Shown here: positions 16,210 through 26,888 of the stretch, piece by piece
Numbering within the stretch: the first letter of the stretch is position 1
Layout: the number at the start of each line of letters is the position of its first letter
Source of the DNA: Allosphingosinicella sp.
GTDB lineage: Bacteria > Pseudomonadota > Alphaproteobacteria > Sphingomonadales > Sphingomonadaceae
Reading direction: 5' to 3'
Length of the DNA stretch: 64,000 nucleotides
Assembly (NCBI GenBank): GCA_036389345.1
Contig: DASVQD010000030.1
Span: forward strand, 19,118 to 83,117
Program-made: the position numbers and the translations under genes
Notes under the pieces: generated by a model
Database searches by the model: none
What the model saw: the letters and a program-made list of their open reading frames with translations, nothing else
What the model was told of the DNA's origin: nothing

Positions 16210-16914
16210 TCAAACCTTCAGGCACTGCTCCCCGGCCACCTTGAGACGCCCGCAGATCCCCGCCGCTCCGGCGCCGCTGGCGCGGAGGCGATAGTAGGTC
16301 TTGCCGTTGACATTGGCCTGGACGACGCTGTGCGAGAGTGGCGCGAGATAGGCGAAGCGGCCGGACATGGCCTTCCAGGCCTTCTCGGCGGCCGCGCCGC
16401 TTGGGAACGCGCCGAGCTGGATCGTCGCACCGCCGCCGGCAGCGGCCGGAGCGGGCACGTCCTTTGCGGCCGGGGCGTTGGTCGGAGCCGGAGCCTGGAT
16501 CAGGGCCGGCTCCTTCTCGGCCGCGGCCGGGGCCTTGGGCTGAGGCGTGACCGGAGCTTCGGCGACGGCGCTCGTGTCGATGCTTGCATTGGGGGTCCCG
16601 CCCTGGGCGGCGTCGAACGCAGTCTCGCCCTGGCCTTCGACCTTCATTCCGCCCGGGCTGTCGGGCTTGACCTTGTAGGGACCGTCCGCCGCGGCGATCA
16701 CTTCGGGAGCGCCGTTCCCGGCCCCGTCGCGATTGCTCATCCAGAAGATCCCGCCGACGATCCCGCCGATGGCGGCCAGACCGATCAGGACGGCGACGAT
16801 CAGCTTCAGCGCGGAAGGGCCGCTTTCGCCGCCTTCTTCCTCGACCGCCTCGAGCCAGGGAAGACGGTCGTCATTGTCCAGCGCTGGGTCGTCGGCGCGA
16901 ATGTCGGTCATCAC
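16210..16914 (-). CDS. SPOR domain-containing protein
   Basis: An N-terminal TM segment, a Pro/Ala-rich linker, and a C-terminal SPOR-like domain ([20 protein letters not shown]...YYRLRASG). Confidence 0.85.
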   Translation of the reverse strand: MMTDIRADDPALDNDDRLPWLEAVEEEGGESGPSALKLIVAVLIGLAAIGGIVGGIFWMSNRDGAGNGAPEVIAAADGPYKVKPDSPGGMKVEGQGETAFDAAQGGTPNASIDTSAVAEAPVTPQPKAPAAAEKEPALIQAPAPTNAPAAKDVPAPAAAGGGATIQLGAFPSGAAAEKAWKAMSGRFAYLAPLSHSVVQANVNGKTYYRLRASGAGAAGICGRLKVAGEQCLKV

Positions 16915-18638
16915 TGCATCTCCTCGGCGGCCGCCACGCCCATGATATTGAGGCCGTTCCTGATAACCTGCCCGAGCGCGCCCGCCAACTGTAAGCGCGC
17001 GCTGGTTAATTCCCGATTATCTTCGAGGAGGAAGCGCCGCGACGGGTCGTCGTTGCCGCGATTCCACAAGGCGTGAAAGGCGGCGGCGAGGTCGCCGAGG
17101 TAGAAAGCCACCCTGTGCGGCTCGTGCGCCTGGGCCGCGGCCTCGACGATCCGCGGAAACTGGGCGGCGGTCCGGACGAGGCCTAGCTCCTCGTCGTCGA
17201 GCAGCGCCAGATCCGCGGACTGTCCCAAATCGAGACCCGCTTCGGCGGCGCGGCGATGAAGCGACCGGATCCTGGCATGGGCATATTGGACGTAGAAGAC
17301 CGGATTGTCCTTCGAGGCCTCGACCACCTTGGCGAAGTCGAAGTCCATCTGGGCGTCGTTCTTGCGGGTCAGCATGGTGAACCGGACGACGTCCTTGCCG
17401 ACCTCCTCGACGACCTCGGCCAGGGTGACGAAGCTTCCCGAGCGCTTGGACATCTTGACCAGCTCGCCGGCCCTCAGCAGGCGGACCATCTGGACGAGCT
17501 TGACGTCGAGCGCCGGACGGCCGGCGAGCGCCTGAACCGCCGCCTGGGTGCGCTTCACCGTCCCGGTATGGTCGGCGCCCCAGACGTTGATCAGCTCGTC
17601 CGAAGCCTGGAGCTTCTGCATGTGATAGGCGGTGTCGGCGGCGAAATAGGTCCAGCTTCCGTCGGACTTCCTGATCGGCCGGTCCTGGTCGTCGCCGAAC
17701 TCGGTCGAGCGGAAGAGGGTGAGCTCGGTCGGCTCCCAGTCGTCGACGGTCTTGCCCTTGGGCGGAGGCAAGGTGCCGCGATAGACCAGGCCCTTCTCGC
17801 CGAGCAGCTCGAAGGCGCGGTCGACGGCGCCCGATTCCTGAACCTCCTCTTCGGAGGCGAACAGGTCGTGATGGACTCCAAGCTTCGCCAGATCCTCCCG
17901 GATCAGGTCGAGCATCGCGTCGACCGAGCGCCGCCGGAAAATCTTCAGCCAGACCTGTTCCGGCTCGTCGGCGAAGCGATCGCCGAACTCGGCGGCCAGC
18001 GCCTCGCCGACCGGCTTGAGATAGTCGCCCGGGTAAAGGCCTTCGGGAATCTCCCCGATCTGCCGGCCGAGCGCCTCTTGGTAGCGCAGGTGCGCCGAGC
18101 GGGCGAGGACGTCCACCTGCGCTCCAGCGTCGTTGACGTAATATTCGCGGACGACGGCGTAGCCCGCCGCTTCGAGCAGGCTCGCGAGCGCGTCCCCGAC
18201 CACGGCTCCCCGACAATGGCCCATGTGCATCGGGCCCGTCGGATTGGCGGAGACATATTCGACGTTCACGCGCCGGCCGGCGCCGGCCGACGAGCGGCCG
18301 TAGGCGGCTCCGTCCGACAGGATCGAGCGCAGTTCCTCATGCCAGATCGAAGGCTCGAGCCGGATATTGATGAAGCCCGGTCCCGCCACCTCGGCTCCGA
18401 CCACCGAATCGAGCGCCGCGAGCCTCGGAGCGATCAGGTCGGCGAGGGCTCGAGGATTGGTTTGGGCGCCCTTGGCGAGAACCATCGCCGCATTGGTCGC
18501 GAGGTCGCCGTGGGACGGGTCGCGCGGCGGCTCCACCGCCACCGACCTGCGATCGAGCCCGGCGGCAAGCGCGCCCTCGGCTTCGAGGGCGTCGAGGATG
18601 GAGTCGAGATGCTCGGCAAAGCGGGCGTAAAGGGTCAC
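16911..18638 (-). CDS. argS: arginine--tRNA ligase
   Basis: 575 aa. [16 protein letters not shown] is the HIGH-type motif and KMSKRSG the KMSK motif. C-terminal anticodon-binding domain. Confidence 0.97.
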   Translation of the reverse strand: MTLYARFAEHLDSILDALEAEGALAAGLDRRSVAVEPPRDPSHGDLATNAAMVLAKGAQTNPRALADLIAPRLAALDSVVGAEVAGPGFINIRLEPSIWHEELRSILSDGAAYGRSSAGAGRRVNVEYVSANPTGPMHMGHCRGAVVGDALASLLEAAGYAVVREYYVNDAGAQVDVLARSAHLRYQEALGRQIGEIPEGLYPGDYLKPVGEALAAEFGDRFADEPEQVWLKIFRRRSVDAMLDLIREDLAKLGVHHDLFASEEEVQESGAVDRAFELLGEKGLVYRGTLPPPKGKTVDDWEPTELTLFRSTEFGDDQDRPIRKSDGSWTYFAADTAYHMQKLQASDELINVWGADHTGTVKRTQAAVQALAGRPALDVKLVQMVRLLRAGELVKMSKRSGSFVTLAEVVEEVGKDVVRFTMLTRKNDAQMDFDFAKVVEASKDNPVFYVQYAHARIRSLHRRAAEAGLDLGQSADLALLDDEELGLVRTAAQFPRIVEAAAQAHEPHRVAFYLGDLAAAFHALWNRGNDDPSRRFLLEDNRELTSARLQLAGALGQVIRNGLNIMGVAAAEEMQ

Positions 18639-18716
18639 ATGGCCGTCCTGGTTCGGGGAAGCGGCGGTCTAGCGGAGCGGGCGCCGCTTTTGAAGCTCGG
18701 TTCTCGGCGAGGCCCC

Positions 18717-20657
18717 TCAAGGGCGGCGCAGCGTCGCAAGCCTCCGTTGCTCGCGGGCGATCGCAACCTTCTCCATCACCGAGGCTATATAGGCCCTGGC
18801 GTCGCCCCGCGTCTGGATCGACTCCAACCTTGCCCGAAAGAGCGCGCTCTCCGCCGGAGTACCGGCCGACAGCTCCGCCTCCGTCTTCATCATGATCATC
18901 AGCGCGCCCGCGAGGTTGCCGGCCCGCGGAACCGGCTGGGCGTCGCTCTGCGCCAGCTCGGCGACCGACGGCCGGGGCCTCGCCCCCGCCGCAATCGGGA
19001 TCTGAAGCGTCGCCGGGCAATCGGTGCGCGGCTGAGCGAGCGTGAGCAGATGGAGCACGTCGTTCGCGGCGGCATCGCGCTTTGTGAGGGCGGGCAGGCC
19101 CCAAAGCGACTCCAGGGTCTTGGGGACCGAGGAATGGTCGTAGAGGGTGTGATCGACCGTCCGGGCCGGGATCAGCGGGGATACGACGACGGCCGGGACC
19201 CTCACTCCATATCGATCGAAGCCGAAGCCGTGGGTGCTGTAGCCATAGGTCGGGTTGTCGCCCGGCGGCGGCGCGGCCGGGGGCGCGACGCTGTCGTAGA
19301 GGCCTCCATGTTCGTCATAGGTGACGATCAGCAGGCTGGTGTTCCAATAGGGGGAGTTGCGGATCGCCTGATAGACCGCTGCCAGGAGGTGCTCGCCTCC
19401 ATAGACGTCGTCCATCGGGTGCTGGGACGAGCCGCCCTGATAGGTGTCGCTGACCACCTCCCCATAATGCGGCTCGATGAAGGTGTAGGGGAAGGGATAG
19501 GGGCCCTGCAGGTCCGAAGCGAAGCTCTTCAGGGAATCGATGTCGAGCAGGGTCACTCCGCTCAGGGCGGAGACCTGCGGGATGGCCCCCGCCATCGACC
19601 CGCTTTGCGGATCGTCGCTGTACAGGCTGAGCTGCTGCGGCGCGCCGGTCGAATCGTTGTAGAGGCGGTAGGGAATGCCCGCGCCGGAAAGCGCCTGGTA
19701 GATCGAGCCGTTCGGATATTTGAATCCGCCGCCGGGCAGCTCCCACCCCGCCATCTGCGTCTGGCTCGGGCTGTCGTCCAGCCCCGAGGACGAGGCGCCG
19801 TGGACGAAGAAGCGGTTCGGCCAGGTCGGGCCGGGCAGGGAGGAATGCCAGCGGTCGCAGACCGCGAACGAGGTGGCGAGCTGATACAAGGCCGGCAGCT
19901 GCCCGGGCGTCGCGAAGCAGGCCATGATGTCGCCGATCCGCCCCGGCGGCGCCGGAGTGGGCTTCCCCTCGGTTCGCGATGTGGCGTAATTGGCGGCGAA
20001 GCCGGAATTGTCGATCGTCGGATAGGGAGGATAAGACGCGTTCAGCCCTCCGAGCTGTTCGACCACGTCCATGAATTCATGCCCGGGGTCGCTTCCGAGG
20101 CTGAGCGGAGCGCTCGGCTGGACGTTGTAGGTCTCGCCGTCATGCAGGTTGAAGTCGCTGGTCGTCGCCGCGGCGATCCCCGGGATGCCGGACATTGCCA
20201 GCATGTTGTCGAAGCTATGGTTCTCGAGCATCACGACGAAGACGTGGGTGACCGGCGCCGCGGGCGCCAGGCGAGTCATGGAATCGGGGCATGAGCCCGA
20301 ACGGAGCGACACGTCGAAGCCGCTCGCGCTTACCGACAAAGTGAGGGTCTGGCCCGCATCGGCGCTCTGGAGCTGGCGTTCCTTCCAGTTGCGATCGGTG
20401 GCGCTTCCGCCGTTTACGTAGAAGCCGGCATTGGGGCCGTCGAGCACATGGACGAGGATCGACCAGTAATCGAGGACCCACTGGCTTCCCCAGCCGGTCT
20501 CGAAGCGGACCGTGAGCGGCCCGGCAGCGGCGCCCGGAGCGACGGTCCACTGGCCGCTCTGCGTTCCGTTGCTGGAATTCTGGTGATAGAGCCAGATCGT
20601 CGCGTTGCCGCCCATCTGGTTCGAGACGTAGACCGTCGCTTGCTGCTGAGTCGCCAT
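18717..20657 (-). CDS. phosphoesterase-family protein (phospholipase C / AcpA family) with an unrecognised N-terminal domain of about 150 aa
   Basis: The ATG at 20657 has a GGGGGGA RBS. The core reads VTHVFVVMLENHSFDNML...CDRWHSSLPGPTWPNRFF...LLIVTYDEHGGLYD...FGFDRYGVRVPAVVVSP. No Sec or Tat signal peptide is visible. Confidence 0.85.
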   Translation of the reverse strand: MATQQQATVYVSNQMGGNATIWLYHQNSSNGTQSGQWTVAPGAAAGPLTVRFETGWGSQWVLDYWSILVHVLDGPNAGFYVNGGSATDRNWKERQLQSADAGQTLTLSVSASGFDVSLRSGSCPDSMTRLAPAAPVTHVFVVMLENHSFDNMLAMSGIPGIAAATTSDFNLHDGETYNVQPSAPLSLGSDPGHEFMDVVEQLGGLNASYPPYPTIDNSGFAANYATSRTEGKPTPAPPGRIGDIMACFATPGQLPALYQLATSFAVCDRWHSSLPGPTWPNRFFVHGASSSGLDDSPSQTQMAGWELPGGGFKYPNGSIYQALSGAGIPYRLYNDSTGAPQQLSLYSDDPQSGSMAGAIPQVSALSGVTLLDIDSLKSFASDLQGPYPFPYTFIEPHYGEVVSDTYQGGSSQHPMDDVYGGEHLLAAVYQAIRNSPYWNTSLLIVTYDEHGGLYDSVAPPAAPPPGDNPTYGYSTHGFGFDRYGVRVPAVVVSPLIPARTVDHTLYDHSSVPKTLESLWGLPALTKRDAAANDVLHLLTLAQPRTDCPATLQIPIAAGARPRPSVAELAQSDAQPVPRAGNLAGALMIMMKTEAELSAGTPAESALFRARLESIQTRGDARAYIASVMEKVAIAREQRRLATLRRP

Positions 20658-20726
20658 GGCATATCCCCCCACGCGGCGAAGATTAGCACGATGGGCCGTG
20701 CCGTGGGCCATTGCCCCCGGATCGGA

Positions 20727-21890
20727 TCAAAAAGCTTCGGGGAGCCCTATCTCGCCGACCTCGGCGCGGTACTGCCGGATGGCGTAGCGGTCCGTCATCC
20801 CGGCGATGAAGTCGCCGATCCCGCGCAGGGTCTCGATCCGGTCCGCGCCGTCGGGAAGCCAGCCGGGCGGAAGCCGGCGGGGATCGTCGCGATAGGCGGC
20901 GAACAGTCCGGCGACCACCTTCTGGGCCTCTTCGCGAACGGCGGCGACGGGCGGAGCATTGTACATCCGGGCGTAGAGGAAACGCTTCAGGACGCTCTCC
21001 TGCTCTGCCATGGCGGCTGAGAAGCCGGCGAGCGGGCGTCCCGCCGAGCGCACCTCGTCGGGCGATTGCGCCCCGGCTTGCCTGATCCTTCGGGCCGTTT
21101 CGTCGAGGACGTCCCCGACCATCAGCCCGATCTGGTCCCTGACCAGCTCCGGGACCAGCCGCCCGTCCTCGACGTCCGGGAAGCGGTTGCGCACCTCGGC
21201 CCAGGTCCGGCCTACGAACGGCACCTCGAGCAGGTCGTCGAGGGTGAACAGGCCCGCCCGGAGCCCGTCGTCAATGTCGTGATTGTCGTAGGCGATGTCG
21301 TCCGCGATCGCCGCGACCTGCGCCTCCAGGCTCGGCCAGGTCGCCAGGTCCAGCCGGAATTCGCGATCGGCTTCGGCGAGCGCCCAGGGCGGGTCCGCGA
21401 CAGGCCCGTTATGCTTGGCGAGACCCTCCAGGGTCTCCCAGCTCAGATTAAGTCCGGGATGGCGAGGATAGGGGCTTTCGAGCCGGGTCAGAAGCCGGAT
21501 CGTGTGGGCATTATGGTCGAAGCCCCCCGCCTCCGCCATCTCGGCCTGGAGCACCGCCTCGCCGCTATGGCCGAACGGGGGATGGCCGATGTCGTGGGCG
21601 AGGCACAGGGCTTCGGTGAGATCCTCGTTGAGCCCGAGCGCCCGGGCCATCGTCCGCCCGACCTGGGCCACTTCCAGGCTGTGGGTGAGCCGGACCCGGA
21701 AGTGGTCGCCGTCGGGCGCGGCGAAGACCTGGGTCTTGTGGCGCAGCCGGCGGAAGGGGATGGAGTGGATGATCCGGTCGCGGTCCCGCTGGAAGGAGTC
21801 GCGGGGGCCCCTCTGACCCGTTTCGGGCTCGCCGTGCAGCCGCCCGCGCGATTCCGCGGGATCGCACGCATAGTCGGCGCGAAGCCTCAC
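20727..21890 (-). CDS. dgt: dGTPase-like deoxyguanosinetriphosphate triphosphohydrolase (HD domain)
   Basis: FQRDRDRIIHSIPFRRLRHKTQVF...THSLEVAQVGR...AHDIGHPPFGH. The GTG start at 21890 overlaps the upstream stop (GTGA). Confidence 0.9.
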   Translation of the reverse strand: MRLRADYACDPAESRGRLHGEPETGQRGPRDSFQRDRDRIIHSIPFRRLRHKTQVFAAPDGDHFRVRLTHSLEVAQVGRTMARALGLNEDLTEALCLAHDIGHPPFGHSGEAVLQAEMAEAGGFDHNAHTIRLLTRLESPYPRHPGLNLSWETLEGLAKHNGPVADPPWALAEADREFRLDLATWPSLEAQVAAIADDIAYDNHDIDDGLRAGLFTLDDLLEVPFVGRTWAEVRNRFPDVEDGRLVPELVRDQIGLMVGDVLDETARRIRQAGAQSPDEVRSAGRPLAGFSAAMAEQESVLKRFLYARMYNAPPVAAVREEAQKVVAGLFAAYRDDPRRLPPGWLPDGADRIETLRGIGDFIAGMTDRYAIRQYRAEVGEIGLPEAF

Positions 21891-23746
21891 TTGGCGGGCA
21901 GCTTCTCGACCTTCTGCCCGGCCGCGCTGGTCCAGGCGAAGCCGCTCAGATCCTGCGCCTTGAGCTGGTTGACGAAGGCCTGTGCCTCCTTCGCGCTCGC
22001 GAACGGGCCGACCAGCAGCCGGTTGGTGGAGTTGAGCGGAGCGGTCCACGCGCCATGGGCTCCGAGCAGCTTGGGCGCCTTGGCCTTCAGCCGCGCATAT
22101 TCGCCGGGAAGGCCGGTCTTCGCGGCGCCGACCGCGATCTGGACCCAGGCCCGGCTCGGCTCGGCGGGCGCCGACGGCTTGGGCTTCTTCGCGGCGGCCG
22201 CCGCGGGCTTGGCCTTGGCTGCCTCCGTCCGGGCGGGCTCGGCCTCGCCGATGTCGGCGATCGCGGCGGAAAGGTCGGCGAGCCGGCTGCCCGGAGGAAC
22301 CGGTTCCGACTGCGGAGGCGGAGCGGAGGGCTCGACCGCCGCGATCCGAATTTCCGCCGGCTTCGGCTGGAGCTCGAATTGCGGTTGCGGTTGCAGGGGC
22401 GCCGGCGAAGGCGCGGCAGCGGCGATCTCGGTTTGGGCGGGCTTCGGTCCGGACCCGGGCTGGAGCTGGAATTGCGGAAGCGGAGCCGAGGAGACAATCG
22501 CCGTCGACGGCCGGGCGATCTCCTGCGTGGCGCTGGCCGGCGCCTGAGCGACCAGCTGGGCGGTCGTCGTTTCGGTGCGGTCTGCGGTCTGCACCGGAGG
22601 GGTCCTGTCCGGCTTGGTCCGGGACTCCGGCTTGCGCCGCGACGGCGCCACGTCGAGCCCTCGGGACATGGCCCAGTGCGAGTTGCTCGCCGCGAAGCCC
22701 GGGCTCGCTTCGGAGCGGCTCGAGGCCTTGCGCCGCCTCACTCCTGCCAGCCTTTCCTCGGCGGGAGCCTTGGCGACCGGAGTGGGGGTCGCGGCCGTCG
22801 TCCGGCGAACCGCGGGGGCGAGCCCGCCTTCCGATCCGCGGCCGCGGCGCCCATCGGCCGAAGCCGGCTCGGGCGGCGGCGCGGAACGTCGGGCGAGCGA
22901 GCCCTGGCTCGGATCCGGCCGGCCCGCATCGGTGACGGCCGCGGCGAAGTCGTTCGCCGCAAAGTTGGTTGGCGGCCCCGTCCGGCCGTCGCGCGGGAAG
23001 ACCCCGAGGTGGACTGCGAGCGCCCGGTCCGCCGGCGAAAGCGACGGCAGCCGCGCCAGGAACGGGCTCATCGCCCCGGCCTGTCCCGGCATCGCGGCCT
23101 GCACGGCGCGGGCCGCGCCGGCGGCATCGCCGGTCAGGGCGAGGATCAGCGCCCGGGCGCGCTCGGCGGCTCGGTCCCTGACGAGCAGCTGGTCCTCGAG
23201 CAGCCGCAAGGCGGGCTCGCGCTCGCCGCTGATCGCGAGGCTGAGCGCGAGCCGCCGGGTCGCCTCGTCGTCGCGGCCCTTCTGGAGCGCCAGCCGATAG
23301 TCGCGCTGGGCCTCGCGCGGATTGCCGGCGATGTCGTTGGCCAGGCCGCGCTCGCGGGCGACCTCGGCCGCCGGGACCCCGAGGTCGGTCGCGTCGCGGA
23401 AGAATTTGAGGGCGGCGTGCGGCTGCTGAAGCTGGACCAAAGCCGAGGCGATCCACATCTTCACCCGGCCGTCGCGCGGCATCTGCTCCTCGGCCCGGGC
23501 GAAGAAGGTCAGGGCGGCCTGCGGGTCGCCGAGCTCCAGGGCCGCCTTGCCCGCGCCCATCAGTGCGGTGACGCTCTTGGGATTGGCGGCGAGGCTTCGA
23601 AGGTTGCGCGACAAGGCCGCGTTCGGGCTCTCCGTGAAGGCGCCCGTTCCGGAAGCGGTCTGGGCCGAGGCCGGCGCCGCCGCAAACATTGTCCCCGCAC
23701 CCAGCACGGCCAAGCCGAGCCGGACGCCCCTCCGCAATGAAGTCAT
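21887..23746 (-). CDS. TPR-repeat plus SPOR-domain protein
   Basis: The ATG at 23746 gives MTSLRRGVRLGLAVLGAGTMFAAAPASAQ as a signal peptide. TPR-like helices follow, then a Pro/Ala-rich repetitive linker and a C-terminal SPOR domain (WVQIAVGAAK...NRLLVGPFASAKEAQAFVNQL). Confidence 0.8.
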   Translation of the reverse strand: MTSLRRGVRLGLAVLGAGTMFAAAPASAQTASGTGAFTESPNAALSRNLRSLAANPKSVTALMGAGKAALELGDPQAALTFFARAEEQMPRDGRVKMWIASALVQLQQPHAALKFFRDATDLGVPAAEVARERGLANDIAGNPREAQRDYRLALQKGRDDEATRRLALSLAISGEREPALRLLEDQLLVRDRAAERARALILALTGDAAGAARAVQAAMPGQAGAMSPFLARLPSLSPADRALAVHLGVFPRDGRTGPPTNFAANDFAAAVTDAGRPDPSQGSLARRSAPPPEPASADGRRGRGSEGGLAPAVRRTTAATPTPVAKAPAEERLAGVRRRKASSRSEASPGFAASNSHWAMSRGLDVAPSRRKPESRTKPDRTPPVQTADRTETTTAQLVAQAPASATQEIARPSTAIVSSAPLPQFQLQPGSGPKPAQTEIAAAAPSPAPLQPQPQFELQPKPAEIRIAAVEPSAPPPQSEPVPPGSRLADLSAAIADIGEAEPARTEAAKAKPAAAAAKKPKPSAPAEPSRAWVQIAVGAAKTGLPGEYARLKAKAPKLLGAHGAWTAPLNSTNRLLVGPFASAKEAQAFVNQLKAQDLSGFAWTSAAGQKVEKLPAK

Positions 23747-23911
23747 GCAGGCGCTTAGAGCGGTTGGTTCCGCGCGCGGCAACCGGCGTGCGTTAGATAG
23801 TTGCCTCCCTGCGGCGAAGCCGCCGGGAGGGGCCCCTGCGAAGCTGGGTGGAGGGGTAACTGGCTGAAGACTCGGAGGTTCTCGCGCGAGAACCGCCTGG
23901 GTCCGCGCTTC

Positions 23912-23962
23912 CACCCCTCCACCATGCTTCGCATGGTCCCCCTCCCCATCTGCGATGGGGAG
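23912..23962. repeat. palindromic element, family C (reads GEGDHAKHGGG / PLP in translation)
   Basis: cacccctccaccatgcttcgcatggtccccctccccatctgcgatggggagg. A full copy is at 51423. Confidence 0.8.
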
Positions 23963-23969
23963 GCAGATC

Positions 23970-25448
23970 CTACTGGTTGTTCTGCCGCCCGAGGAACCTC
24001 GGTATGTCGAGCGGGTCGCGGCGGAGGCGCGGCTGCGGCTCCTCCTCGACCTGGGCCTTGGCGGCGCCGCGGGCGATGCTCGACATCCGCTCGAACAGCG
24101 TTCCGCCCTCGCGCGAAGGGCGTGGCTCGGACTCCGCGGCCGCCTCGGGCTCGCCGTCGATCCAGCTGCGGGTGCCGGGAGCGACGCTCTCCGGTCCGCC
24201 GGCGAAATCCTCTTCGATGAAGCTCTCGCCGCCATCGTCCTCGTCGCCGAGCATCGCCGCGTCGAGCAGGAGCTCTTCTCCCGTCTCCTCGGCGGCGGGC
24301 TCGTCGAGCGTCAGCTCGTCGGCGGGCGCTTGGGCGGTCTCCGGCTCGGCGCTCGCTTCGGGAGCGGCGGGCTCGGGCGGGGTGAGAGTGATCTTCGAAG
24401 CCTCGGCGGCGGCGGGAGCCGATGTCCGGGCACCGGGGAAAGTGAAGACCTTGGCCGGAAGCGGCGGGGCCTGGGTCGCGGCCTCGGCGTCGATTCCGGT
24501 GGCGACGACCGAGACCCGGATCCGGCCCTCGAGCTCGTTGTTGAAGGCCGAGCCCCAGATGATGTTGGCGTCGGGATCGACCAGCTCCTTGATGTGGCTG
24601 GCGGCCTCATCGACCTCCATCAGCCGCATGTCCTCGCCGCCGGTGATCGAGATGATGACCCCGCGGGCGCCCTTCATGCTGACCCCGTCGAGCAGCGGGT
24701 TGGCGATCGCCTTCTCGGCGGCTTCGATGGCGCGGTTGTCGCCCGAGGCCTCGCCGGTTCCCATCATCGCCTTGCCCATCTCGCCCATCACCGAGCGGAC
24801 ATCGGCGAAGTCGAGGTTGATGAGGCCGGGCATGACCATCAGGTCGGTGATCCCGCGGACCCCCTGCTGGAGGACCTCGTCCGCCATCATGAACGCTTCC
24901 TTGAAGGTCGTGTTCGGGTTGGCGATGCGGAACAGGTTCTGGTTCGGGATGACGATCAGGGTGTCGACATGCTGCTGGAGCTCCTCGATCCCCGCTTCGG
25001 CGGAACGGCCGCGACGGTTGCCCTCGAAGCTGAACGGCTTGGTGACGACTCCAACGGTGAGGACTCCGCGGTCGCGCGCCGCCTTGGCGATGACCGGGGC
25101 AGCGCCGGTGCCGGTGCCGCCGCCCATTCCGGCGGCGATGAAGCACATATGGGCGCCCTCGAGCGCCTTCTCGATATCGTCGATCGCCTCTTCGGCGGCG
25201 GCCTTGCCGATCTCCGGACGCGAGCCGGCGCCGAGGCCCTGGGTAATCCGAAGGCCGAGCTGGATGCGCTGGTCGGCGGGCGAGGCGTTGAGCGCCTGTG
25301 CGTCCGTATTGGCGACGACGAAATCCACGCCCTGAACGTCGTTCGCGATCATGTTCGCCACGGCGTTGCCGCCGGCGCCGCCGACGCCGATGACGCTGAT
25401 CCGGGGCCTCAGTTCATCTACTTCCGGCCTGATGAAGTCGATGCTCAT
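23970..25448 (-). CDS. ftsZ: cell division protein FtsZ
   Basis: [17 protein letters not shown]...[17 protein letters not shown] long disordered linker leads to the C-terminal DIPRFLGRQ peptide. ATG at 25448. Confidence 0.97.
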   Translation of the reverse strand: MSIDFIRPEVDELRPRISVIGVGGAGGNAVANMIANDVQGVDFVVANTDAQALNASPADQRIQLGLRITQGLGAGSRPEIGKAAAEEAIDDIEKALEGAHMCFIAAGMGGGTGTGAAPVIAKAARDRGVLTVGVVTKPFSFEGNRRGRSAEAGIEELQQHVDTLIVIPNQNLFRIANPNTTFKEAFMMADEVLQQGVRGITDLMVMPGLINLDFADVRSVMGEMGKAMMGTGEASGDNRAIEAAEKAIANPLLDGVSMKGARGVIISITGGEDMRLMEVDEAASHIKELVDPDANIIWGSAFNNELEGRIRVSVVATGIDAEAATQAPPLPAKVFTFPGARTSAPAAAEASKITLTPPEPAAPEASAEPETAQAPADELTLDEPAAEETGEELLLDAAMLGDEDDGGESFIEEDFAGGPESVAPGTRSWIDGEPEAAAESEPRPSREGGTLFERMSSIARGAAKAQVEEEPQPRLRRDPLDIPRFLGRQNNQ

Positions 25449-25619
25449 GCTTGCTCTCCCCCTGTATTCGCCCAACGGGACCAACTCGTTAACTCACTTT
25501 GCACGAAGCGATTCTTGGGCGCGAGCAAAAAGTTAACGAACCGGTATTTTTTCGGTGTGGAAACCCCGTGTGAATCCCAAAAGTCACGGATGTGAGTCCC
25601 GGGAGCCACGCCTTGAATC

Positions 25620-26888
25620 TCAAAAGCCACTCTTCACCGCGCTGATCAGCCGCTGGACCAGGTTCCCACCGGTCTCGCGCGGCATGATGCGGTCCGGAGA
25701 CATCACCGATCTCAGGTCCAGCTCGTCCGAAGCGGCGAACAGGGCGAGGCCGACGAGGGTCGTGAATCCGGGCCCGGAATGGGCGTCGGGAAGCCCGGGC
25801 AGGTTCGGCCGTCCGATCCGGACCGCGCGGCCCAGGACGCCCTGCGCGTAATCGGCGATCCCCTTCAGCTCCGAGCCTCCGCCGGTCAGCACCACCTGCC
25901 GCCCGAACGGCCCTCCGAAGCCGAGATCCTTGAGGGTCGCGGCGATCTCGCCGGTGAGATGCTCGAGCCGCTGGCGGATGACGGCGATCAGCTGGGCTCT
26001 GGTGATCCGGGCCGCCTCGGTCCCCTCCTCCGAGCCGGCGATCGGCGACAGCTCGATCATGTCGTGATTGTCGCGCGGCGACGTGGTGGCCGAGCCGTAG
26101 AAGCATTTCATCCGCTCCGCCTCGACCCGCCGGGTGCCGAATGATGAAGCGATGTCGTCGGTGATATCGATCCCGCCGACCGGGATGGATTTGAGGCCGA
26201 GAAGCATTCCGCCGGCGAAGACGGAGACGTTGGTGACGCCCGCTCCCAGCTCGACCAGGGCCACTCCGAGCTCGCGCTCCTCGTCGCTGAGGCACGCCTT
26301 GCCCGCCGCGACCGGCGAGGCGACGATCGCCTCGACTCCGAGGTGGGCGGAGCGCACGCACAAGTCGAGGTTGCGGACCGGCGACGGATCGCCGGCGATG
26401 ACGTGGATGTCGACCGCGAGCTTGTCGGCGTGGAGTCCGAGCGACTTCTTCACGCCCTCGAGCCCGTCGACCGTGTAGAGCGCGGGAAGGGCGTGGAGTA
26501 TCATCCGGCCGTCGCCGCTGATCGACTCCCGGCCGATCCCGAGAAGCTGGTCGATATCGGCCTTCTCGATCCGGCGGCCGCCGATCTGGAGCTCGACGCT
26601 GGCGACCGTGCTGACCAGCCCGCCGGCCGAGAATCCGACGAAGACGTCCTCGATGTTGGTCGCGGCGATCCGCTCGGCCTGTTCCACCGCCTCCCGGATC
26701 GCGCCTTCCGTCTTCTCCATGTCGGCGATGAAGCCGCGCTTCACGCCCTGGCTCTGGCGCTGGCCGGTGCCGAGGATCTTGAGCCGGCCGTCGTCGGCCC
26801 GTTCGGCGATCAGCGCCGACACCTTCGACGAGCCGACGTCGAGCGCCGTGACGAGCTTGCGCTGGGCCTGGACGGTCGGGCGCTTCAT
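25620..26888 (-). CDS. ftsA: cell division protein FtsA
   Basis: Actin-like ATPase fold (ALDVGSSKVSALI...VELGAGVTNVSVF...VVLTGGGSELKGI). Confidence 0.95.
   Translation of the reverse strand: MKRPTVQAQRKLVTALDVGSSKVSALIAERADDGRLKILGTGQRQSQGVKRGFIADMEKTEGAIREAVEQAERIAATNIEDVFVGFSAGGLVSTVASVELQIGGRRIEKADIDQLLGIGRESISGDGRMILHALPALYTVDGLEGVKKSLGLHADKLAVDIHVIAGDPSPVRNLDLCVRSAHLGVEAIVASPVAAGKACLSDEERELGVALVELGAGVTNVSVFAGGMLLGLKSIPVGGIDITDDIASSFGTRRVEAERMKCFYGSATTSPRDNHDMIELSPIAGSEEGTEAARITRAQLIAVIRQRLEHLTGEIAATLKDLGFGGPFGRQVVLTGGGSELKGIADYAQGVLGRAVRIGRPNLPGLPDAHSGPGFTTLVGLALFAASDELDLRSVMSPDRIMPRETGGNLVQRLISAVKSGF

Noticed and set aside
17256-20294. 1012-aa + strand ORF spanning argS and the phosphoesterase gene
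   Set aside because: It is antisense to two clearly real genes and is typical of high-GC shadow ORFs.
20727-23456. 909-aa minus-strand ORF treated as one gene
   Set aside because: Only the C-terminal 388 aa (from the GTG at 21890) form the dGTPase-like protein. The upstream part is an out-of-frame read-through of the TPR-SPOR gene region with Arg/Pro-rich composition.
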